Of a stretch of DNA of 10,695 nt, positions 1 to 8,751 are shown in pieces (positions within the stretch are counted from its first letter, which is position 1; every line of letters starts with the position of its first letter). A program made the translations under genes and the position numbers. This stretch comes from Octopus sinensis (Eukaryota). The stretch is taken from assembly GCF_006345805.1 (NCBI RefSeq), contig NW_021827343.1, forward strand, positions 1-10,695, given 5' to 3'. A model generated the notes under the pieces. That model was not told the origin of the DNA. It did not search any database and saw only the letters and a program-made list of their open reading frames with translations.

Positions 1-73
1 ACGAAGTATTGTTATATACTTCGCCTGGCGTCCTAACGATTCAGGCTGGTCGACGATTTTCCGAGTTCGCCTT
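1..73 (-). mobile_element. tRNA-derived SINE, 5' head fragment (decayed, cut by window edge)
   Basis: acgaagtattgttatatacttcgcctggcgtcctaacgattc aligns with the better-preserved head at 567-610 (acgaaatattgctaagcatttcgcccggcgtgctaacgttc); followed by an (AAT)n tract. Confidence 0.65.
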
Positions 74-94
74 AATAATGATAACAATAATAAT

Positions 95-270
95 GGTTTC
101 AAATTTTGCTACAAGGGCAATTATCTAGGTGGAGGGGTTGAGTCGATATCATCGACTGCAGTGTTCAAATGGTAGTTTTTTTTATCAAACCCGAAAGGAT
201 GAAAGACAATGCCGACCACGGCAGCATTTGAACTTGGAACGTAATGACGGACGAAATACCGCTAAGCATT
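95..270 (-). mobile_element. tRNA-derived SINE (octopus-type), 5'-truncated
   Basis: Shares ccgaaaggatgaaag, the B-box complement (atttgaac, ~225-233) and acgaaataccgctaagcatt with copies at 271-625 and 10190-10348; starts with ggtttcaaatttt like the 10190 copy. Confidence 0.85.
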
Positions 271-625
271 GTTTTCTATTCTAGGTAGATTGACCCCAGT
301 ATGCAACTGGTACTTAATTTATGGACCCGAATAGATGCAAAGCAAAGTCCACCTCGATGGAATTTGAACTCAGAATGTGAAGGCAGACGAAATACTTATT
401 TCTTTACTACCCACAAGGGGCTAAACACAGAGAGGGCAAACAAGGACGAACAGATTAAGTCGATTATATCGACCCCAGTGCGTAACTGGTACTTATTTAA
501 TCGACCCCGAAAGGATGAAAGGCAAAGTCGACATCGGCGGAATTTGAACTCAGAACGTAGCGGCAGACGAAATATTGCTAAGCATTTCGCCCGGCGTGCT
601 AACGTTCTTGCTAGGTCAACGCCTT
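271..625 (-). mobile_element. Dimeric tRNA-derived SINE (two related monomers)
   Basis: Two copies of gaccccagt..caactggtactta..cccga..caaagtc..ggaatttgaactcagaa..ggcagacgaaata (~292-394 and ~473-574). Each has a Pol III B box on the minus strand (GAGTTCAAATTCC = complement of 359-371 and 539-551). A-box-like head at ~600-625. ORFs 301-630 and 396-668 are SINE artefacts. Confidence 0.88.
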
Positions 626-845
626 TATAATAATAATAACGCAATGAGATGTACAAGAGGTTCATCACCTTTCGGAACTAATGTTAATACTTCTACAACA
701 ACAACTAATACAACTAGTATATCTAGTGTAAGCTGCAGCATGAACACTATTAATAACACCTACACCATTGTGCAATAAACACATTACAGTCACCCAACTT
801 TCAGCCGTACAATACCAACTCGACAACGACCACCACCACAGAAGA
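626..845. repeat. Decayed (AAT)/(ACA)/(CAC) simple repeats
   Basis: taataataataac, acaacaacaactaatacaac, accaccaccac. Confidence 0.6.
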
Positions 846-980
846 AAAAACACTTTTGATGTTGGCCATTTTCACAGAATGAAGAAATAACAAAGAAAAT
901 AAATGAAAAAGAAATATAAAAACAACATAAACGAAGTTAGAACTTTCACCAACAGATCCTATACACTTGAATATGAGAAT

Positions 981-1388
981 ACACACACACACACACATGT
1001 CTATATGTATGCATGTGTGAGTGTGCGTGTGTTGGGCGTATATGTGTCCGTGCATTGACTATATATCTCTACGCATGTATATATGTGTGTTTGGGAGCAA
1101 ATAATTTGTGCGTAGGTCTGTGTGTATATATGTATATATGTACACCGATGTGTACGTATACATATATATATATATATCCACATATACGTATATATGTACA
1201 TGCATACCATATATGTATATATATATATATATGATAATATAATATATTAAATACATGTGGTATATATATATATTATATGTGGTATATATACATATATATA
1301 TATATGGTATATATTTAAATATATATATGCGTGTATGATTATGTATGTATGTATATATATATATGTTGTGTATATATATATATATATA

Positions 1389-1433
<45 letters not shown>

Positions 1434-2046
1434 ATATATATATGTATGTATATTATATATATGTATATATATATGTATGTATATATATATGTATGGTATA
1501 TATATATATGTATATATATATGTATATATATATGTATATATATATATATATATATACGTTCTATAAGTACACCATATATGTGTATGTATATACGTATGTG
1601 AGCGTTCTCCCTTCCAAACAACCATACGTACACTCAGACACATAGGCGTAGATGTACGGCCTCTGTACATTGGTATATATATTCCTATGTGATGATGTGC
1701 ATGTGCGTGTGTGTGTGTGTGTATCTATGTATGTGGAAATGTATGCGTAACTGTGTATGCATGCATGTGTTGCGTGTATGTCGGTGTCAACTGTATGTGA
1801 CTGATTGCCACATATTGATCCAGCTGGTCTTTGATCTAATCACAGCTTTTGCGAATGTTGTCAACGTCACCATCAGTGCTACTATGACAACAGTAGATAA
1901 ATCACAGCGCCTATGTTAGGATATACATATGTATGAGACGGTGAATATAAATTATATATACGTATACACATGCGTGTATAAATGTTATATATATATATAT
2001 ATGTGGTGTGTGTGCGCGCGTGTGTTTGTGTATGTATATATATGTG

Positions 2047-2095
<49 letters not shown>

Positions 2096-2304
2096 TTATA
2101 TATATTATATATATATATATAACTATTATATATATACTTATATATATATACATGCATACATATATATGCATATACATATACATATATATATACATATATA
2201 CACAACAGAAACACGGACACACACACATATGTATATCCATGTGTGTATATATCTATATGTTTATGTATGTGTATATATATAAATATATAATATATATATA
2301 TATA

Positions 2305-2372
<68 letters not shown>

Positions 2373-2428
2373 TTATATATATTATTTATATACATATATA
2401 TATATATTATGCGTACAGACATACATAT
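981..2428. repeat. Large compound microsatellite field (TA)n/(TATG)n/(CA)n/(TG)n
   Basis: Directly visible; only short unique islands (~1600-1680, ~1780-1920). All Y/I/H/T/V/C-rich ORFs here are repeat translations. Confidence 0.95.
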
Positions 2429-2640
2429 GAAATGAAAGTAATTATAGAAAAGCGTATCTTTGCGTTAGTATTTCTGTGGGTTTATCTCCATATGTGTATG
2501 TGTATCGTATCTGTCTACCCACACATGAAATGCGAGTGTGTGTTTGTGGGTGTGTGCGTGTATGTGCATAATACTTATACCCACACGCTTGTATGCATAC
2601 ACATGTTTAATACCTTGTTACAGAATCGTTGATGTGTTGT

Positions 2641-2725
2641 AGAAATGTCTTCAAGAAATTATTTCGACTCTTTCGAATTTCAGTTCAAATTCCTCCGGGG
2701 CCCACTTTTACACTTTCATCCTTTC
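2641..2725 (+). mobile_element. Highly decayed SINE fragment (same family as 271-625, opposite orientation)
   Basis: cagttcaaattcc (B box) followed by ..cactttcatcctttc, matching the reverse complement of gaaaggatgaaaggcaaagtcgacatcggcggaatttgaactc at ~509-551. Confidence 0.6.
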
Positions 2726-2789
2726 ACAGACAATGAAATGAGGTTTAATCTCCAACTGCCCCCGACATTTCAGACACTTCATATTTATT

Positions 2790-2907
2790 TATTTATTTAT
2801 CTTTATTTCTCTCTCCTTCCCCCTCTCTGTTCCCTCCCCCTCCTCTACAAAATCTCTCTCTCTCTCCTCTCTCTCTCTTTCTCTCTCTCTGTTTTCATCC
2901 CTCTCAG
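2790..2907 (+). repeat. (CT)n polypyrimidine tract ending in CTCAG
   Basis: About 115 nt almost purely C/T, ending catccctctcag (AG at 2906-2907). Confidence 0.8.
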
Positions 2908-3019
2908 TTTTCCACAATCAGTCCACCACAATACCTGAGGGCCATCTGACATCAATGCATGCGTCTACCTTTTCCAAAAAAAATCGAGGTGGGATTAGTA
3001 GGGCTTCAAGTAATCTATT

Positions 3020-3104
3020 TACTACGCAAGTAGTGCTGGTGAGCAGCAAAATATCCGCGAACGAACTACGGAAGATGGCGGATGTACTTCAGTACACTTA
3101 ACCG
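3020..3104 (+). promoter_or_regulatory. Small CpG-rich island with overlapping ETS-like (CGGAAG) and YY1-like (AAGATGGCGG) motifs
   Basis: 7 CpGs in 3025-3104; CGGAAG at 3069-3074 and AAGATGGCGG at 3072-3081. Motif match only, no functional evidence. Confidence 0.3.
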
Positions 3105-3114
3105 CTAAAAACTA

Positions 3115-3197
3115 TATTACATGTGTACATATATAAATTAATATATAATATATAGACGTATATATATATAGACGTATATATATATATAGATATAATT

Positions 3198-3230
<33 letters not shown>

Positions 3231-3285
3231 TACATATATATAAATACACACGCACGCAAGAACAAACAGAAAAATATATGCATGA

Positions 3286-3339
<54 letters not shown>

Positions 3340-3465
3340 ATATATATGTATAAACACACATATATAATATATATATATGTATAAATACATATATAGGGCT
3401 ACATATATGTGAGTGTATGTATATATACCTACATACACACACACATACACACACACACGCACACG

Positions 3466-3496
<31 letters not shown>

Positions 3497-3530
3497 ACTC
3501 ACATATTATATATATATATATATATATAAA
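3115..3530. repeat. (TA)n/(TG)n/(CA)n microsatellites
   Basis: Directly visible. Confidence 0.95.
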
Positions 3531-3643
3531 CGTGAGGTTGCGTTTGACCTCTGCAATTTCGAGAAATCGATCTTTCCTTTTCCACCCCATCACTACCTCA
3601 TACACTCCTCTTCCTTCTGTTTGTCTCCCTTTTAACCTTTAAA

Positions 3644-3785
3644 TGTGTGCGTGTGTGTATGTACGTGTATAGACATTGTGTGTATGAATGTGTATGTGTT
3701 TGTGTGTATGTCTGTTTGTGTGTGTGTGGGGGGGGGTGGGGTGCTTGCGTGCGCCTGCGTGTATACATATATGTGTAGATATGCT
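3644..3785. repeat. (TG)n/(TATG)n microsatellite with G-run
   Basis: Directly visible. Confidence 0.85.
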
Positions 3786-4837
3786 GTTGTCGCGCTTTGT
3801 ATATCATTCTATGGATGTTCGTTCGTCTTCCCAACGCACACACACCACCGTTTCAGAATATGTTACCGTTCATCAGTATGTATTTGTTTGGCTTGAAGTA
3901 ATATTTTTTTTAAATCGTATAAGAGATTTATACAGATGTTTTTTTTTTTTATATTATTATTATTCCTTTTAAATATGCTTTTGAAGTGAATCAAATGTAA
4001 GTTGCTAGATGGAGGGAAACATGCAGAGTAATCATGGAACTTAGAAGATTTTTCTATAGGATTTTATGCGTAACTTTTTTTCACTCGAAATGTTGTTAGA
4101 ACATTCAATGTTATAAAATGTAAAGTGTATATTTTAAGTGAGAAATGAAAACTGTGTTCTCTTATCTTTAGTTCTACCTAGACTGCACCATTAGCTGAAT
4201 GCTGAGTTCTTGAATAGAGAAACCTATTACATTTGTTGGTAAAATTGTTAAGTCACATTGAAAGGCTCTTGAGTTATACAGCTGGTATTTGTGCTTCGGG
4301 AAGCCTTTTCTCTCAAACCCCGTCCCCGAAAACTTTTTATTTATCCAGTGCTATTTGATATCTAAATTAATACATTGACCGAAAAACAACTTTTGTTCAT
4401 AAATTTCCGTGATACTCCTACCGAAACTTTGCTGTTTCTGTTCACCAACTCAAACTTGTATTTGATGGAATTCTACAAAAGTAACTTTCGAAAATATATT
4501 TAAATTATCTTAATTTAACCTGTCTTGTTTTTAGTAAAATTAATTCATATCTTTATTTAGCAAAATTATCTCTATATTATAATTCTGAAATGCGAAAAGT
4601 TTGTTTGTTTGTCTGGTTTTAGCATTGAGAACGGGTTAAAGGCCACTAGATCCCATCGGATTGACTCCAAAATTTACAGGGACACGTAAAATGAGGTGAG
4701 GATGCGAGTGGGCTAGGTTAGAAATCCCTACCTTAAAAGGTGTCGTTGCTAGGGCCAAAAACGCACTTTGACAAGTCTACTAACATTCTTTTATGTATCT
4801 GTGTTCCTCCATCACTCACTCTCTTTCCTCCTTTCCA

Positions 4838-4921
4838 TTCACTTTTCTATCTATAACGTCGTGTCACAGCGTCTACCTCCCTTACCTTCACTTTCTCTTT
4901 ATAACGTCGTTTCACAGCGTC
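4838..4921. repeat. Two-copy ~49-bp direct repeat inside the Helitron
   Basis: ttcacttttctatctataacgtcgtgtcacagcgtc (4838-4873) vs ttcactttctctttataacgtcgtttcacagcgtc (4887-4921). Confidence 0.85.
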
Positions 4922-5039
4922 CTATATCTCCCCCCCATCCCCGTCTTCGACAGCACTTTCACACACTCTCTCTCTATGTCTGCACCAGCACACAATCATG
5001 CGAACAAATATTATGAATCAGATATTTATTGGGTTAATT

Positions 5040-5428
5040 TATATATGCGTGTGTGTGTGTGTATGTTCTATATATAAATATGTATATGTAATGTATATAT
5101 ACAAAGTGTATATATCTGTATTTATGAATATTAAACTTTTTAATACTTTTTGATAGTTATATATATTTAAAAATTATGAATATAAATTAATAATTTTAAT
5201 TTTAAATTTAAATAATTTTAATTTTTAAATTTTATATTTTATATATTTTGTATATTATATTTTTATTTTTATGTTTTGGTTTATGTTTTTCACTGTTTGA
5301 TTTGCCTATTAATGGTTTTATCTCTAATTTAATTTATATATATATATATAATTTGTATACATTTGTATATATAATGCGTACACACACGCACACACACACA
5401 CACCATACACACACACATACACACACAT

Positions 5429-5485
<57 letters not shown>

Positions 5486-5490
5486 ATGTG
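5040..5490. repeat. Microsatellite and AT-only low-complexity tract inside the Helitron
   Basis: (TG)n, (TA)n, (CA)n; 5161-5249 contains a single G/C in 89 nt. Confidence 0.9.
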
Positions 5491-5751
5491 TGCATTATGT
5501 GATCGGTTGTGCTGAAAATATGCACACCTATGTTAAATGTGCTGGCGAGTTTGCATGGCAACTATTTGTTTCCTCAAATGAAAGGCGTGACCTCTACGAC
5601 AAAATTCCTCATCTTATAAAATGTGGCCCGAGTTGACCCGAATGAAATCGGGTTATATTAACCAAAATGTGAAAAGGGGTCTAAATGGGGCTGGAAGGGG
5701 ATTAAAATTTACAGGAGCGGGTGTTTAGGAATTCTCCGTTACATGAAGCTA

Positions 5752-6075
5752 AAAAATTTGCGCCAGACTTTAAATCGTCAATGTGTTGCCGTCCATGATG
5801 AATTTTTGAATGCTTGCCATGGTGAGTCTACTGTTGTGAGAAAGAATCTCTTCAAAGCTTGGTGTTTACGAATGTTCTTTTACATCAAGTTCAAAATTTT
5901 ACGTCAGCCGTTAAACTGCCACTACGTTGCTGTCCGTCGTTAAGCAATGCCAGGCATGGTGACTCTACTATCCTTAGATTCTATCCCTTCAAACTTTGGT
6001 TTCCAATATTTTTTTATTTTTATTCAGCTCGCAAGTTCGTCTGTCCCTTTTAAATGTTAGTGTTTTGCTGTCTGC
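5752..6075. repeat. Degenerate ~137-141 bp tandem repeat (2 copies plus a partial third) inside the Helitron
   Basis: Anchors recur at constant spacing: gttgc 5785/5926, catggtga 5818/5955, cttcaaa 5850/5987, ttgctgtc 5927/6065. Confidence 0.75.
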
Positions 6076-6175
6076 CTTGAAGCAGACCTTTCCGTTGTCA
6101 CTGCCTGATATTTATGATTGATCTTTCAAAATATTTACTTTCTCAACTTACTCAAGATCTTTTGTTGTTTATAAA

Positions 6176-6346
6176 TGGGAGAGAGAGAGATAGAGGAAGA
6201 TAGAGTGTAAGAGAAAGCGAGGAAGAGTCCGAGAGAAAGGAAGAGTAAGAGAGTGGGAAAGTGAGAGAGAAAGGAGAGAGAAACAAAGAGGGAGAATGTG
6301 GAGTTAAAAAACAGAAAGGAAGCAACAGAAAGGAAGCAACAGAAAG
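6176..6346. repeat. GA-rich tract and 14-bp tandem repeat (aacagaaaggaagc x2.6) near the Helitron 3' end
   Basis: Units at 6310-6323 and 6324-6337, partial at 6338-6346. Confidence 0.85.
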
Positions 6347-6538
6347 TAACAACCACACTCTTACCCGCGCGTAGAGCGGGCCACCTTTAGCTAGTTTCAT
6401 ATATTTAGTAAAATTAATTCATATTCTAGCTGACACTGGTCAGCTAGAACAAAATCTAAGCCTGGAATGTTGTTAATTGAACTTGTACTCTTCCATTTGG
6501 TAAACAGAAATGGTCTGTTATTTTGTAACTTTTACCGA

Positions 6539-6591
6539 TTTCAGTCATTGGATTGCAGCCATTCTTGAACAGTACCTTCAAGGGATTTAGT
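6539..6591 (-). mobile_element. Old SINE 3'-tail fragment (family of 7873-8254)
   Basis: tttcagtcattggattgcagccattcttgaacagtacctt resembles the reverse complement of aaggcggttctccaggatggccacagtcaaatgactgaaa (~8195-8234). Confidence 0.6.
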
Positions 6592-6654
6592 ACTTTTTAT
6601 GTCTAACAATTAATCTATCGTGTATTTTGCCGAAGCGCACACACATGGACGCTC

Positions 6655-6867
6655 GCATGAACACACGCACACACACACATATATACATACATAAATACAT
6701 GCATACATACATATGTTGCATTTTATAAGTACCTCCACGTATGAATATGGTCACATATATAATACATATATATACGATATATATACTACTATATACATAT
6801 ATATATATATATATAATATATATATATATATAATATATATATATAGATATATATATACACACATATA
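6655..6867. repeat. (CA)n/(TACA)n/(TA)n microsatellite
   Basis: Directly visible; supplies the TA target of the adjacent mariner-like element. Confidence 0.9.
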
Positions 6868-7730
6868 CAGGATGCCATGGGTATATTGTTGACAATTTAT
6901 ATTTTTAACTTCACGCATCACATGCGCATTGCTTGTTTTTGATTTTATCAATTACACAGTATAGTAGGATCCGTTGGGCACCTTCCGTGTGAAGAACAGC
7001 ACCATGACGCAATTCACTCTACCAGATATTTGGAAATGATATGCTGCACAGTTTGCATTTGCACTGGAAGCTCGAATACGAGCATTTCAGTGTGTTTGGA
7101 TGTCAATCTGAGGGCAGTGCAATCTGAGGACATGCAATCAACATCATAGTGTTTAGAGTGATCATTAGTGATGGCGATGTTGTGCCTACATTCATCTTTC
7201 CACATGGTCTCATGTTCACCATGGACGCCTACATCAAGTGCCTGGAGGAGGCAGTGCTGCCCTGGTTCAAGAGGGTGGCTGCCGGAAAAACCTATGTCTG
7301 GCTACAGGACTCTGTACCATGCCACACAAACAGGAGAACCCAGTCATGGCTGTCACAATTTCTGCGACCACACCATCCCTAACATTTGGCCACTTAATTC
7401 CCCAGTCTATAATTACGTTGATTATAATGTGCGTAGCGCAGTTGAGCGAGAGACCAGCATAACATGATACAACGAAAGATGAACTGAAGACAGGGATTAT
7501 AGCAGCATTCGCCAACATAAACAAGGTGACCGTTCAGAATAGTTGCAGGAGATTTCAAGCTTGTCTGGAGGCCGTGGTTAAGGCCAATAACGATTTTATT
7601 GAATAAATTTATTATTAAGCCTGTCAAGATATTTATATGTAATTTTGGTAAATATATCTGGTAAAATGAGATGTCAGTATTACTTTTCAATTATTCGTAA
7701 TTTCGATGACAGTTTATTCATTGCACCCTG
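6868..7730 (+). mobile_element. Internally deleted Tc1/mariner DNA transposon (maT/DD37D-like)
   Basis: TA|CAGGATGCCATGGGTATATTGT at left vs ACAGTTTATTCATTGCACCCTG|TA at right (reverse complement CAGGGTGCAATGAATAAACTGT): degenerate TIRs flanked by TA on both sides. Transposase remnant inside. Confidence 0.88.
7004..7606 (+). pseudogene. Disrupted DD37D-type transposase (short N-terminus fused to C-terminal catalytic half)
   Basis: Reads MTQFTLPDIWK* /fs/ ..SISVCLDVNLRAVQ [deletion] INIIVFRVIISDGDVVPTFIFPHG..YVWLQDSVPCHTNRRTQSWLS /fs/ NFCDHTIPNIWPLNSPVYNYVDY..KDELKTGIIAAFANINKVTVQNSCRRFQACLEAVVKANNDFIE*. QDS.PCH and WP.NSP..N..DY are Tc1/mariner catalytic motifs. D-to-D spacing is 37 if one codon is restored at the frameshift. 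The first catalytic D is deleted; stops and frameshifts present. Confidence 0.9.
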
Positions 7731-7799
7731 TATATACATACATACATACATACATACATACCTACTACATACATACATACATGCATACATACATGCATG

Positions 7800-7847
<48 letters not shown>

Positions 7848-7872
7848 GATTATATATATATATATATATATA
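7731..7872. repeat. (TACA)n/(CA)n/(TA)n microsatellite
   Basis: Directly visible. Confidence 0.95.
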
Positions 7873-8254
7873 GGAGTGGCTGTGTGGTAAGTAGCTTGCT
7901 TAACAACCACATGGTTCTGGGTTCAGTCCCACTGCGTGGCACCTTCGGCAAGTGTCTTCTACTATAGCCTCGGGCCGACCAAAGCCTTGTGAGTGGATTT
8001 AGTAGACGGAAACGGAAAGAAGCCCGTCGTATTTATGTATATATATGTATATGTTTGTATATGTTTGTGTGTCTGTGTTGACAACCGATGCTGGTGTGTT
8101 TACGTCCTCGTAACTTAGCGGTTCGGCAAAAGACCGCGTTAGAATAAGTACTAGGCTTACAAAGAATAAGTCCTGGGGTCGATTTGCTCGACTAAAGGCG
8201 GTTCTCCAGGATGGCCACAGTCAAATGACTGAAACAAGTAAGAGAGTAAAAAAG
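7873..8254 (+). mobile_element. Near full-length tRNA-derived SINE (abundant octopus-type family)
   Basis: A box TGGCTGTGTGG (7877-7887), B box GGTTCAGTCCC (7920-7930), internal (TA/TG) microsatellite at ~8030-8078, tail ..cagtcaaatgactgaaacaagtaagagagtaaaaaag. Family recognised from memory, not searched. Confidence 0.9.
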
Positions 8255-8264
8255 TAGATATATA

Positions 8265-8429
8265 CTGTTGTGTCTGGGGAGAGTCATTTTCTTTTTTTGC
8301 CTTATAATGTAACACACTCACCGGTAGAATTTCCACTTCATAAAAAATAAGAAATAAGTGGAAATTTTACCAATGAGTGTGTTACATTATAAGACACAAA
8401 AAGAAAATGACTCTCCCCAGACACAACAG
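8265..8429. mobile_element. Foldback/MITE-like palindromic element: 74-bp inverted arms, 17-nt spacer
   Basis: Arm 8265-8338 vs reverse complement of 8356-8429: 69/74 identical. Left flank ends TA; right flank is AATAT (TA target imperfect). The palindrome is certain; the MITE call is inference. Confidence 0.75.
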
Positions 8430-8521
8430 AATATGCTTCAACAAACGAACTCATATAAAGAATCTTGCAGACCAAATCCCAAAACGACGTAGATATATAT
8501 ATATTATCATTTTTTAATATC

Positions 8522-8544
8522 ATTATTATTATTATTATTATTAT

Positions 8545-8623
<79 letters not shown>

Positions 8624-8635
8624 ATTATTATTATT
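8522..8635. repeat. Compound trinucleotide microsatellite (ATT)n(ACT)n(GCT)n(ATT)n
   Basis: Directly visible; explains the poly-I/T/A/V/S ORFs. Confidence 0.95.
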
Positions 8636-8751
8636 AAAAATAATGATATTACTACCACATAGAATAAAGCACCATTTTCCTATATTCATTGCCAGCAACC
8701 ACATCTGTCTGTGAACATTTAGAGAAACTGCACGCAGCGCCGATAACTTAC

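Larger units (their letters stand above)
4569..6394 (+). mobile_element. Non-autonomous Helitron (rolling-circle transposon), complete with both termini
   Basis: 5' end A|TCTCTATATTATAA followed by (GTTT)3GTCT (4599-4614). 3' GC-rich hairpin CCCGC-gcgtaga-GCGGG (6364-6380), a 10-nt spacer, then CTAG|T (6391-6395). Inserted between A and T with no TSD. Joining the flanks restores a local 21-bp repeat unit. No Rep/helicase ORF. Confidence 0.88.

Noticed and set aside
1641-1915. 8-bp inverted pair CATAGGCG (1641-1648) / CGCCTATG (1908-1915) as possible hAT-like termini
   Set aside because: Match stops at 8 bp, the flanking 8-mers agree at only 4/8 (no TSD), and such a pair is expected by chance at this distance.
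1780-1920. Unique island within the microsatellite field as a possible exon
   Set aside because: No convincing splice-site pair with an open frame on either strand; peptide unrecognisable.
801-3972. Many 60-200 aa ORFs rich in Y/I/H/T/C/V (also at 5248-5561, 6587-6951, 7645-7910, 8338-8704)
   Set aside because: Translations of (TA)n/(CA)n/(TG)n or trinucleotide microsatellites, which lack stops in some frames; no domain-like content.
4150-4240. Pyrimidine tract with AG acceptors at 4171/4181 and GT at ~4239
   Set aside because: All three frames hit stops within ~10 codons.
5859-6053. ORF inside the Helitron as a Rep/helicase remnant
   Set aside because: No recognisable HUH or PIF1-helicase motifs (e.g. 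TINKSQG, SHGQLYVA) in any frame I translated.
4780-6300. CT-rich tract (4780-4980) and GA-rich tract (6176-6300) as long internal inverted repeats
   Set aside because: Complementarity is compositional only; no colinear alignment visible.
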